Positions 12,460 to 23,875 of a stretch of DNA of 64,000 bases are shown here, one piece after another. Location: assembly GCA_030390025.1 (NCBI GenBank), contig CM059432.1, forward strand, positions 11,346,001 through 11,410,000. The letters are read 5' to 3'. The notes under the pieces were generated by a model that saw nothing but the letters and a program-made list of their open reading frames with translations, searched no databases and was not told the origin of the DNA. This DNA comes from Squalus acanthias. Lineage: Eukaryota. Position numbers and translations under genes: made by a program. Positions within the stretch are counted from its first letter, which is position 1; each line of letters begins with the position of its first letter.

Positions 12460-14807
12460 AAGGGGGCAAGCAACCGTCCTGTGTAATAACGAGACAGGAT
12501 TAATTAAAAATGTCCTAGTAAAGGATCCCCTTGGAATGAGTGACCATAACATGGTTGAATTCCATATTCAATTAGAGGGTGAGAAGGTTGGATCTCAAAC
12601 AAGCGTGCTAAGCTTGAATAAAGGAGACTATGAAGGTATGCGAGCGGAATTTGGTAGAGTGGATTGGGAAAATAGATTAAAGGGTAAGACGATACATGAT
12701 CAGTGGTGTACATTTAAGGAGTTATTTTACAACTTCCAAAAAAAATATATTCCACTGAGAAGAAAGGGTGTAAAAGAAAAGACAGTCATCCGTGGCTAAG
12801 TAAAGAAATTAAGGATAGTATTCGACTAAAAACAAGGGCTTATGAGGTAGCCAAATCTAGTGGGAGGATAGAGGATTGGGAAAACTTTAAAAGAAAGCAA
12901 AAAATAACAAAAAGATTGATTAAGAAAGGGAAGATAGATTATGAAAGTAAATTAGCAAAAAATATAAAAACAGATAGCAAGAGTTTTTATAGTTATATAA
13001 AAAGAAAAAGGGTGGCTAAAGTAAATGTTGGTCCCTTAGAGGATGAGACCGGGAAATTAATGGTGGGAAATATGGAGATGGCAAATACACTGAATGAATA
13101 TTTTGTATCAGTCTTTACAGTAGAGGACACTAAGAATATCCCAACACTGGACAAACAGGGGGCTATAGGGGGGGGAGGAGCTAAACATGATCAAAATCAC
13201 TAAGGAAGTGGTACTCGGTAAAATAATGGGACTCAAGGCGGATAAATCACCTGGACCTGATGGCTTACATCCTAGGGTCTTGAGGGAAGTGGCGGTAGGG
13301 ATTGTGGATGCATTGGTAATAATTTTCCAAAACTCCCTGGACTCAGCAAAGATCCCGGCAGACTGGAAAACTGCTAATGTAACACCCTTATTTAAAAAGG
13401 GCAGTAGACAGAAGGCTGGAAACTATAGACCGGTTAGCCTAACATCTGTGGTAGGTAAAATTTTGGAGTCCATTATTAAGGAGACAGTAACGGGACATTT
13501 GGATAATCATAATTTAATAGGACAAAGTCAGCATGGTTTTATGAAGGGGAAGTCATGCTTGACAAATTTGCTGGAGTTCTTTGAGGAAGTAACACACAGG
13601 GTGGATAAAAGGGAACCAGTGGATGTGGTGTATTTAGACTTCCAAAAGGCATTTGACAAGGTGCCACACAAAAGATTGTTGCTTAAGATAAAAAATCACT
13701 GGATTGGGGGTAATATTCTGGCATGGATAGAGGATTGGCTATCTAACAGAAGGCAGAGAGTTGGGATAAATGGTTGATTCTCAGACTGGCAATCAGTCAC
13801 TAGTGGTGTTCTGCAGGGGTCAGTGCTGGGTCCCCAACTCTTTACAATCTATATTAACGATTTGGAGGAGGGGACCGAGTGTAACATATCAAAGTTTGCA
13901 GATGATACTAAGATGGGAGGGAAAGTAGTGAGTGAGGAGGACATAAAAAATCTGCAAGGGGACATAGACAGGCTAAGTAAGTGGGCAGAGATTTGGCAGA
14001 TGGAATACAATACTGGAAAGTGTGAGGTTATGCACTTTGGCAGGAAAAATAGTAGAGCAAGTTATTATCTAAATGGCAAGAAACTGGAAAGTACTGCAGT
14101 ACAAAGGGATCTGGGGGTCCTGGTGCACGAAACTCAAAAGGTTAGTATGCAGGTGCAGCAAGTGATTAAGAAGGCCAATGGAATGTTGGCTTTCATTGCT
14201 AAGGGGATAGAATATAAAAATAGGGAGGTATTGCTTCAGTTGTACAAGGTATTGGTGAGACCGCACCTGGAATACTGCATACAGTTTTGGTGTCCATACT
14301 TAAGAAAAGACATACTTGCTCTCGAGTCATTATAAAGAAGGTTCACTCGGTTAATCCCGGGGATGAGGGGATGGACATATGAGGAGAGGTTGGGTAGATT
14401 GGGACTCTACTCATTGGAGTTCAGAAGAATGAGAGGCGATCTTATTGAAACATATAAGATTGTGAAGGGGTTGGATCGGGTGGATGCGGGGAGGATGTTC
14501 CCGATGATGGGTGAAACTAGAACTAGGGGGCATAGTCTTAGAATAAGGGGCTGCTCTTTCAAAACTGAGATGAGAAGGAACTACTTCACTCAGAGGGTGG
14601 TAGGTCCATGGAATATGCTGCCCCAAAAAGCTGTGGAAGCTACATCATTACATAAATTTAAAACAGAAATAGACAGTTTCCTAGAAGTAAAGGGAATTAA
14701 GGGTTACGGGGAGCGGGCAGGAATTTGGACATGAGTCTTATTGAATGGCGGAGCAGGCTCGAGGGGCCAATTGGCCTACTCCTGCTCCTATTTCTTATGT
14801 TCTTATG
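12460..14807 (+). mobile_element. 5'-truncated CR1 nested in the opposite orientation inside ORF1 of the host CR1
   Basis: ORF2 pieces 12359-14734 ([28 protein letters not shown]). Tail TTTCTTATGTTCTTATG ends ~14807. The host esterase sequence resumes on each side. Confidence 0.93.
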
Positions 14808-15494
14808 ACATCCTTGACCCTGGCACCAGGGAGGCAACATACCATCCTGGAGCCATGTCTGCGGCCACAGAAACGTCTATCTGTTCCCCTTACAATAGAA
14901 TCCCCTATCACTATTGCTCTCCCACTCTTTTTCCTCCCCTCCTGTGCAGCTGAGCCACTCGTAGTGCCACGGACTTGGCTCTTGCTGCATTCCCCTGAGA
15001 AACCATCTCCCCCAGCAGTATCCAAAACAGAAAATCTGTTGGAGAGGGAGATGGACCCAGGGGACTCTTGCACTACCTTCCTAGTTCTTTTCCTCTGTCT
15101 GGCGGTGCACTCTTTACCTGCGGTGTGACCACCTCGTTAAATGTGCTATCCATGAAGATCTCAGCCTCGTGGATGCTCCACAGTGACTCCAGCTCCTGCT
15201 CCGAAATGCGGATTTCGAGTAGCTGCAGCTGGAGACACTTCCTGCACACGTGTTCGCCATGGACACCGAAAGTGTCCCTGACTTCCCACATAGCACAGGA
15301 GGAGCACTCGACGCTGCCCTGCCATGTCCTATCCTTAATTTACTCCCTTTACTTCCTCTAAATTAAAGAATATTAAATACACTAGGGACCTTACTTTTAC
15401 TTTAACGACTGGACTGTAGAAATACTCACCAGGTCCTACTTACTAATCAGCTCCTTCCCTTCTGCTGACGTCACTTTCGAATGTTGCCTGTTTT

Positions 15495-15706
15495 GGTCCG
15501 CTCTCGCTGCTGCTCCCAATAGCTCGGTCTGGGCCTCGAGCCTCGGGCTTTATTTCCTCTCTCCTCCTTCGCCTGTTCCCTCACAAGTCGGTTAACTCTC
15601 GCGGCTGCTCCCAATAGCTCGGTCTGGGCCTCAAGCCTCGGGCTTTATTTCCTCGCTCCTCCTTCGCCTGTTCCCTCACAGGTCGGTCCGCTCTTGCTGC
15701 TGCTCC
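15495..15706 (-). repeat. 95-bp tandem monomers (~2.2 copies) in the CR1 5' region
   Basis: CTCTYGC.GCTGCTCC recurs at 15501, 15596 and 15691; the units are near-identical. Confidence 0.9.
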
Positions 15707-15896
15707 AAATTTATATATTGTTACTGATACCCTCCATATCATTTATAAATGGAAAAAACAAGAAGGCTCATCAGTGCTAGTAGGATTTAAATCTATATCC
15801 CGAAGATGACAGTACAGACTCACGTTTCCACCCAGCTCCTCCAAAAGGCCCATTTTGTAACCCATTGTACTAATCCGTGTAGTAGCGTTTGTTCGA

Positions 15897-16575
15897 ATCA
15901 TAGAATTTTACAGCACAGAAGGAGGCTAGTCATACCTCTTTAAAAGCGCTGTCAAATTTAATCCCACACCCCAGCTTTTTCCCCCAACCCTGCAAATTAG
16001 TCCTCTTTGAGTACATGTCCAATTGCTTTTTTGAACGTTCCTATGGAATCTGATTCCACCACCCTTTCAGGTAGTGCGTTCCAGATCTTAACCCTCTGAA
16101 AAATATTCTCCTCATTTCCCCTCTAGTTCTTTTGCCAATTATTTTAAATCTATGACCTCTGGTTGCTGACCTACTTGCCAGAGGAAACAGTCAAAACCCC
16201 TCATAATTTTGAATACTTCTATTAGGTGTCCCCTTGACCTTCTCTGCTCTAAGGAGAACAATCTCAGCTTCTCCAATCTCTCCACATAACTGAACTCCTT
16301 CATCCCTAGTATCATCCTGGTAAACGTCCTCTGTAACCTCTACAGGGCCTTGACATCTTTCCTGAAGTGTGCCCAGAATTGTGCACAATACTGCAGCTGA
16401 AGCCTCACCAGTGTTTTATAAAGGTTTAGCAGGACTTCCTTGTTTTTGTATACAACGCCCTTATTTACAAAGCCAAGTATCCCATATGCTTTCTTAACCG
16501 CCTTATCAACTTGCCCTGCCACCTTCAAAGATTTGTGAATATGTACCCTCAGGTCCCTCTGCCCTTGCACCCCCA
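15897..16575 (-). mobile_element. CR1 LINE 3' fragment
   Basis: ORF 16340-16576 QRDLRVHIHKSLKV..LYKTLVRLQLQYCAQFW plus a CR1 3' UTR. Confidence 0.85.
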
Positions 16576-19084
16576 CCCCCAGTTCTGATTCGTTCTGATT
16601 TTAAAGCACTTACAGCAGATTACAATAGAATGCTGTTTGCCTCAGAACTCTTTCTACATTTCAGTTTAATGGGGGGAGAAAAACAGAATAACCTATTGCA
16701 AAACAACTTGAGGGTAAAACACTTTCTATTTTTCTTCCCAGACAGTGCACCAATTACATCCAAGAAAGTAAGTGAGTGGTCTGTTTTAAATTCTCTGACA
16801 ATTGGAGTCTGAATTAGCTGCCAGGGGGTGGAAGAGGACTCTGGATTGAACCTCCTTCCAATGTTGCTCCCAAACTTAGCTGAGTTTGGCAAGTTCGTGG
16901 CATGGGAATAAAACATGTTCCCTGCTCCATTGCAAACATTACCTCTCAAGATTATTAAAAGCTTATTTAAATTTGTTTTATTTACATTCAGCACCCGTAC
17001 TTGGCTGGATCTTCAGAACCGGTTTAGACATGAGAAACAAGTCTGTTCAATAAATCTCATAATCTACTCTATCGTGGACTCTGAACCCCAGGGAAAGGTT
17101 CTGCATCGTTTCTCCCCATTTCTCGCAGAAAAAGTAAATCTCCAGAGAACCTTATCTAATGTTACACCACATTCTACATCTTACTTAGCATGGCATTTCC
17201 ATAGTCCCAGCGTAAGATTGGAAATTTAATCCACTGACGTAATATTGACTAAAAGTAAATCCAGTGTGAGAATTGCAAGTCTACATGGTTTGTTAGGTCA
17301 CTTATTGGACTGAGCCTGAATGTAAGATTGACTTCTGTGTTACTGCCAGAGCCACCATCTACAGTCAGTCTAATTGTAGGTTAGCTTTGCTTTGAGGACT
17401 TTGGCACTGTAGAAAATCCCACTGCAGCAGACTGATCATTGTATTGCTGATCTTGGTTCACTCAGGTCAGCACGCTGGCTAGACTCCAATAGTTTGTGAA
17501 TAATGAGGTATTAAACTGACCCATTTAGATTAACAATTAATACATTAACATTTCCCAAGGTGAAAATGCTGCTCATCAGTCTGCTTCTGAATAGTGCATT
17601 GCGTTTGTATGTAGACTACAGAAGTATGTCGTTAACGAAGATGGATTAATAATTATGCACTTATGAAACAGGCATTCATAGAAATTAATTAGGGGAACAT
17701 TTGAGCTTTTAAAAATTGGTGTAGACTCTGCAAACAAATGCATGTGTATTTGTGGTTTATATTGCTCTGCTGCAAGTTAAGTATTTTTTGCCATGTATTG
17801 GGTCTGTTGCAAGACTAGGATCCTCATTGCAGAGAAGTTCTGTGCAGTGCTGTTGTACTTCCCATATTATCACTTTCACAAGGCTTTGTTATTGATACAA
17901 GTCAAGTTGATACAGAAACCAAAAAGGAAAGAGTTCCATTATTGTGGAACAATTTCCAATATTTGTTATTTTCAACAATTTTGCAGTTTCTGCTGGTGCT
18001 ATGTATTATGCCTCGAAGTGTAAACAGGGTATAAATACCACGAGTGGTAAGTCAGTTCCAATGCTGTATTTATATTACAGAACTGTTTCCTGAAGTGGGA
18101 GGGAATCATTCATTTTTTTAATGTCCGGTGCAGTGGATTACCACGAAAAATGATGAAACCTGGGTTCTAAAAACATTGAGCTACTGATCTCAGCTGTGCT
18201 ATAGTGAGAAGATACTTGGAAGGATGGTCACTGTTGGAAACTCTTGCTGCATCTCTTTGCAGTTGGTTATAGAGCAATGCTGACTGGGTAGTATATAGTC
18301 TGAGGACACAGTGAAAGGAGAAATAAATTGTTTGCTCTCTTTAGTCTAATATACTGTGCTTTTATGCTCTGCAATAAAGGATCTTTTAAACATTGCATGT
18401 ATTTTTTAGTATGGCTGATCAGGTAGACCAGGGCTGCATGAAATCGTTTATCATAACTTATTCTGGCACTACCTGATAATACTATTACACCTTATCCTGT
18501 GGAAATAGTGAATTTAATCAACTGAGTTAACTATTAATCTGTTAGAGAAACAAATCTGTGAATTTAGCCTTGGAGATGTTAGCTGAGTGTCTTGCTGAAG
18601 GGAGCATTTGCTCAGTAATTAAAAATGTGAGCAGAATCAAGTTATAGAAAAGAATGAGAGAGATGCAGTAGAAGGTTACAACAGTGACATGGGAAAAACA
18701 GCTTTATGTTCAACAGGTATAACAAGCATGTGGGTTGACTTCAGTGTAAGGCTTTCCAAGTGCTGCCTATAGCCATTGTATCCTTGTTACACAAGTTGAA
18801 AACAAAGTTATACACATACCACAAATAGAATCTTTCACTTTGAATAGATTATGACAGATGTATGCTAAGCCGCATTTTACACCCTAAAATAATTTTACAT
18901 CAGAATCTCTGCTCTGTTTTGGTAGAATTACAGGATGTCTTTTTTTTAGTTTTGTTCTATGACAACATGTTCATTTTGGTGTTCTCTCAACATGAGGAAG
19001 AACTGGTACAACATTTCCCTCTTCCACTTCACTTCTCAACCAGCTAAGCACATTGCGGACCTTGCACCTCCTCAAGTTGTCGCA

Positions 19085-19805
19085 AAGCACTTTGCAATCA
19101 ATGGGTTGGTTTTAAATTGCTGCTGTTACATTGGAAAGTGTGACAGCCAATTTGCACACAGCAAGGTGCCATACACAGCAAGTAAATGACCAGATGATTT
19201 GTTCATTGTGGTATTTAGAGAGAAATGTTGCCCACAACACTTGGAGAGTTCCATGCTCCTTTTCAAATGGTAGCATGGATTTTTTTACATTTACATTTAT
19301 TGTCTCATCCAAATCACAGCACCTCTGATAATGCAGCATTTCCTCAGACCTGTACTGTCCTTGTTTTCAAATCCCTCCATGGCCTTGCCCCCTCCCTGTC
19401 TCTGTAACCTCCTCCAGTCCTACAACCCTCCGAGATATCTGCGGCGCTCAAATTCTGGCCTCTTGCGCATCCCCGATTTTAATCGCTCCACTATTGGCAG
19501 CCATGCCTTCAGCTGCCTAAGCTCTGGAATTCCCTCCCTAAGCCTCTCTGCCACTCTACTTTTCTTTCCTCCTCTAAGACGCTCTTTAAAACCTACCCAT
19601 TTGATCAAGCATCTGCCCTAATCTCTCTCTGTAGCTCGGTGTCAAATTTTGTTTGATAACGCGCCTGTAAAGCGCCTTGTGACGTTTAACTTTTAAATGC
19701 GCTATATAAATGCAAGTTGTTAACCTAGATTATGTGCTCAAGTGTGTAGTGGGGCTTGAACCTACGACCTTATGATTCCAAGGCAAGAGTGCTATCAACT
19801 AAACT
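19085..19805 (-). mobile_element. Degraded SacSINE1-like SINE split by an L2 3' fragment (+ strand, ~19356-19722)
   Basis: SINE body 19085-19355 and tRNA-like head 19725-19805 on minus. The insert ends GTAAAGCGCCTT..GCGCTATATAAATGCAAGTTGTT, like 61158-61420. Confidence 0.7.
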
Positions 19806-20334
19806 GAGATGACGATACAAGATACAATGGAAAAACATTTATTCGAAATAAAATGTAATTTTGATATTGCATTTTGCAACATTTTGTCCATTACAAATAC
19901 AGCAGTAAATCAATGACTCTTGCATACATATTGCTAAAATTTGCTAACCTAAACCATAGCAGAACTACTCAGTGCGGAATTACCATGCACAATCACCTTT
20001 GCACAGTCTGCTTTTGAAAATGTTTGAATTTGTCAACATCTATGTACACTGGGCAGATGATTCCAAACTACAGAGAAACCAGACTTCATTTTTCACAACC
20101 AAATAATAGAAATAAATCTTCAGTCCTCTGGCACCTTTTCCTCAATCGAGCACCTCATCATGCTCCATCTTTCTTGCCTCTCCTTCAAAATATTTGTTGT
20201 CTACCACCTGCAAGACCCACCCGATTTCTCCTCAATATCCTCCCAGCCTCTGTACGAAGCAACTCCCGAAACCTCTCCCTCCATATAAACTCTGCTACCC
20301 ATATTCATGGCCACACTGTTGAAACTAATAAATA

Positions 20335-20732
20335 AGAAAGGAAGAACTTGCATTTATATAACATCTTTCACATCCTCAAGATGTCCTAAAGCACTTTACA
20401 GGAAATTAGTCCTTTTTTTTGAAGGGTAGTCATTGTTGTTTTATAGGTAAATGTGACAGCCAATTTTCACACAGCAGGGTGCCACAGACAGCAATAAAAT
20501 GAATGACACGTTAATCTGATTTTGGTGGTGAGGGATAAATGTTGGCCAGGAAACCAAGCAAACTCCACCACTCCTCTTCGAGTAGTGCTTTGGGATCTTT
20601 TACATTCATCTGAGCAGAAGAATGGGATCATCTGAAAGATAGCAGCTCTGATAATGCAGTTTTCCCTCAGTACTTTACTGAAGTGTCAGTCTAGATTATG
20701 TGCTCAAGTCGTGGAGTAGGGCTTGAACCCAT
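20335..20732 (-). mobile_element. Degraded SacSINE1-like SINE
   Basis: Tail GAACTTGCATTTATATA through head CTAGATTATGTGCTCAAGTC..GGCTTGAACCC; matches the reverse complement of 47667-48128. Confidence 0.75.
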
Positions 20733-20787
20733 CTTGTGGCGTGCCCCATTAGACTTGTTAGTGCATGTTTAGGTTTTAAAAACATTT

Positions 20788-21460
20788 GCCCACGAAGTTG
20801 CTGGAAATACGAGCTGATAACGGTGGGGTGAGTGCAACAGGTCATCTGGGACCTTGGTGAACAATGGGACCAACAGTGTATCTCCTCAACCAATGCGATT
20901 AAAGGATTGAGAAATAAACTGAGGATGGACTGAGAAGGAGGGTAAATTAGAGTGGGTGAATTCAAAGTCAAGTCAGGTACAGAAAGAGAGGGAAAGAAAG
21001 ATTGGACTTCGACAGAGAGAAAAAAGAGACAAAGGAAAAGTAAGATTTTTTTTTAATTGACATTTTTTTAAATCTCCAACAACAATTCACGGAACCTGAA
21101 GGGATAAGACTCTACATTTTTAACTGTTCACTTTCTGGGGAAGAGATTGGCAGTCATTAACAATTATCATATCATTAAAAGGATACTTGTGCTGTTAATT
21201 AAAAGACTTGACTTTCTCTGGTGAGTTTAATGGCCAATTAATGTGCAAATGCAGCAACTTCATGAAAATTACAGGGAGGTTGAGGGCGAGATGCTGTTTT
21301 TGCGAAGCTAACAAATGAGCGGCGCAAATCGGCCAGCAACTTGTGGCGATTCGCAATTCACAGGGTATCGCTTCCTTGCCACAAGTTGCTGGCCGATTTT
21401 TTACATTAATAACGGCGTGCATTGTTCAGTCACTGTTATTTTTTCACAAAATTCTGGGCC
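20788..21460. mobile_element. Possible degraded MITE-like element
   Basis: Weak terminal similarity (GCCCACGAAGTTG.. vs reverse complement GGCCCAGAATTTTG..), resembling the TIR of 6028-6753. CpG-rich subterminal part. Confidence 0.3.
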
Positions 21461-21997
21461 AATGATTTTGATGAGGTCATAAGTGTGGCTGGTGTGGGAA
21501 ATGAAAAATTCACCTTGGTGTAATAGATTGAATTGAAGATGCATTGTTGGGGAAGAATAGAAGGAGCTTTACTCTGTAGGTGGCCATGTTCTGCCTGATG
21601 CTGCCTGAAGTGGAGAGATGTCCTTCACCTTAGCAAGCACAAAAATGCAAACACATGTCTAAAAATGCCTACATGTCATCTTTAATAAATACTTAGAAAT
21701 AATGTATTTTCAGGACCTTTTAACTTATAGTATTAATTAGTAACATGAGTAAAATGTCATGGAATTTAGAGCTGGAATCCGTTGAGACACTGGTAGTAGA
21801 TGCTTCTGTGAAACTTTAAATAAGATGCCAAGAAGTATATTGGCAGAATATAGATTTTAAAGTTATTAAATTTCAGTAAGTGTCCCCTGTGCAGTAAGTA
21901 ACTGTCAGGTCATCGTTCTTTAATATTTCCCAGATTGTTAAAAGTTATCTGAAATGTATTACTTCTAATATCTGCTCCAGAGTGATTAGCTTTTCAG

Positions 21998-22125
21998 TTT
22001 CTAATGAAGGGGCTTCACCTGAAATGCTTTCCTATCTTTCCCTGTACAGATACTTACTTACTTGCTGTGTATTTCCAGGATTTACTGTTTTTATTTCAGA
22101 TTTTCAGCATTTGCAGCAGCTTTAT
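21998..22125 (+). repeat. Degraded Penelope-type terminal repeat with a decayed hammerhead motif
   Basis: CTAATGA-AGG-GGCTTCA-CCT-GAAA at 22001-22024, followed by sequence homologous to 225-312. Confidence 0.45.
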
Positions 22126-22359
22126 CTTTCTGTTGACTTTTTGGCTCCGTTAGTTCGGTTGTTAAGACTACATTGATGAGAATGGCAGACTGATTCCATT
22201 GAAAACACTGGATTCTTGATTGGAGACCTGAGCTTGAGTACCAGCCTTCACTGAGATTGATAATGTGGTTTCTCTAAGAGGCTGAACTTTGCATATTGGG
22301 CAGGTAGTTTGTGGAAGGCAAAGGTGCCTGGTGGAGGGCTGGCTGTAAGTTCAAGTCAA

Positions 22360-22660
22360 AGAAAGAAAGAACTCTCATTTATATAACGCTTTTCACTACC
22401 TCAAGAGGTCCCAAACAGTTTAACAGCCAATGAAGTACTTTTGAAGTGTAGTCACTGTTGCAATGTAGGAAAAGCGGTAGCCAAAATGCACACCGCAAGA
22501 TCCCACGAACAGCTATGTGATAATAACCAGATAATCTGTTTTACGTGGTGTTGGCTGAGGGATAAATATTGGTCAGGACACTGGGAGCACTCCTTTGCTG
22601 CTCTTCGCAATAGTGCTATAGGATCTTGTGCATTCACCTGAGAGGGCAGGCAGGGCCTCA
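22360..22660 (-). mobile_element. SacSINE1-like SINE, 3' half
   Basis: Reverse complement matches the Deu-like domain and tail of 47667-48128. Confidence 0.8.
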
Positions 22661-22679
22661 CCACTGTACCTAAGCTTCT

Positions 22680-23251
22680 GGTCCTGACTCCCCAAAGCCT
22701 TTCCACCATCTACAAGGCACAAGTAAGGAGTGTGATAGAATACTCTCCACTTGCCTGGATGAGTGCTGCTCCAACAACACTCAAGAAACTCGACACCATC
22801 CAGGACAAAACAGCCCGCTTGATTGGCACCCTATCCACCACCTTAAACATTCACTCCCTCCACCACCGGCGTACCGTGGCTGCAATGTGTACCATCTACA
22901 AGATGCACTGCAGCATCTCGCCAAGGCTTCTTTGTCAGCACCTCCCAAAACCACGACCTCTTCCACCTAGAAGGACAAGGGCAGCAGGCACATGCGAACA
23001 CCACCACCTCCAAGTTCCCCTCCAAGTCACACACCATCCTGACTTAGAAGTATATCGCCGATCCTTCATCGTTGCTGGGTCAAAATCCTGGAACTCCCTA
23101 CCTAACAGCACTGTGGGAGTACCTTCACCACACGGACTGCAGCGGTTCAAGAAGGCGGCTCACCACCACCTTCTCGAGGGCAACTAGGGATGGGCAATAA
23201 ATGCTGGCCTTGCCAGCGACGCCCAGATCCCATAAACGAATTTTAAAAAAA
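22680..23251 (+). mobile_element. LINE family B 3' fragment
   Basis: ORF 22732-23187 EYSPLAWMSAAPTTLKKLDTIQDK..HHHLLEGN; 3' UTR GGCAATAAATGCTGGCC and A tail. Confidence 0.88.
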
Positions 23252-23604
23252 GCAACTGGTGTTCAGTAACTTGAAGACCTTGAAAACTGTACAGGCGACT
23301 TTTCTAAAGATGGATTAACAAGATACTGCACAATTTACGTTATATTCCCAGCTGTAGCTGAGACTGCACAAACTGTCTGGAAAGGCAGATATAGTAAGTG
23401 AATGATGCAAGTGACAGTTAAAACTGTTTAGAGTTCAGTCATTCAGAGACTGCTTTTTAATGTTATTGACCCAAATGATGTTTTTATTTTCAGCCTTGTC
23501 AAAATGACACTATCAATCAATTCAGTCAAAGATGACTGTAAAGTAACAGATATCAACCAACACATTTATCTCGGTAGCATCCCACTGCAATATTTAAATG
23601 ACAT

Positions 23605-23875
23605 AGAAAGAAGGGGCTTGCATTTATGCAGCATTCTCCTGTCTCGGGTGTCCAAAAGCCCTTTACCTACAATGAATTATTTTTCAGTCACTTGCTCTGT
23701 GGGCGAATGTAGCAGCCATTTTGAGCACAGCAAAATGTCTCAAACCGTAGTGAGGTGAATGAACATTTAATCTGTTTTTGATACTGTTAGTTGAAGCAAG
23801 ATCTTGGTGAGGACATTGGGAGATCCCCTTGCTCTTCAACTAGTGTCATGTGATCTTCAACATCCACCTGAAGCA
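23605..23875 (-). mobile_element. Highly degraded SacSINE1-like fragment
   Basis: CTTGCATTTAT..GCAGCCATTTTGAGCACAGCAA..CATCCACCTGA resembles the other minus-strand copies. Confidence 0.55.

Larger units (their letters stand above)
9100..15706 (-). mobile_element. Near-full-length degenerate CR1 LINE (ORF1 zinc finger + SGNH esterase; ORF2 APE endonuclease + RT), interrupted by a nested CR1
   Basis: ORF1 pieces 15291-14806 (CRKC, coiled coil, IVIGDSIVRG) and 12458-12067 (DGLHL). ORF2 pieces 11951-9280 ([49 protein letters not shown]). Microsatellite-type tail (TTCTTATG)2 at 9100-9116. Frameshifts present. Confidence 0.95.

Noticed and set aside
9280..15291. CR1 ORFs as functional genes or an active element
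   Set aside because: Multiple frameshifts, stops, a deletion and a nested insertion.
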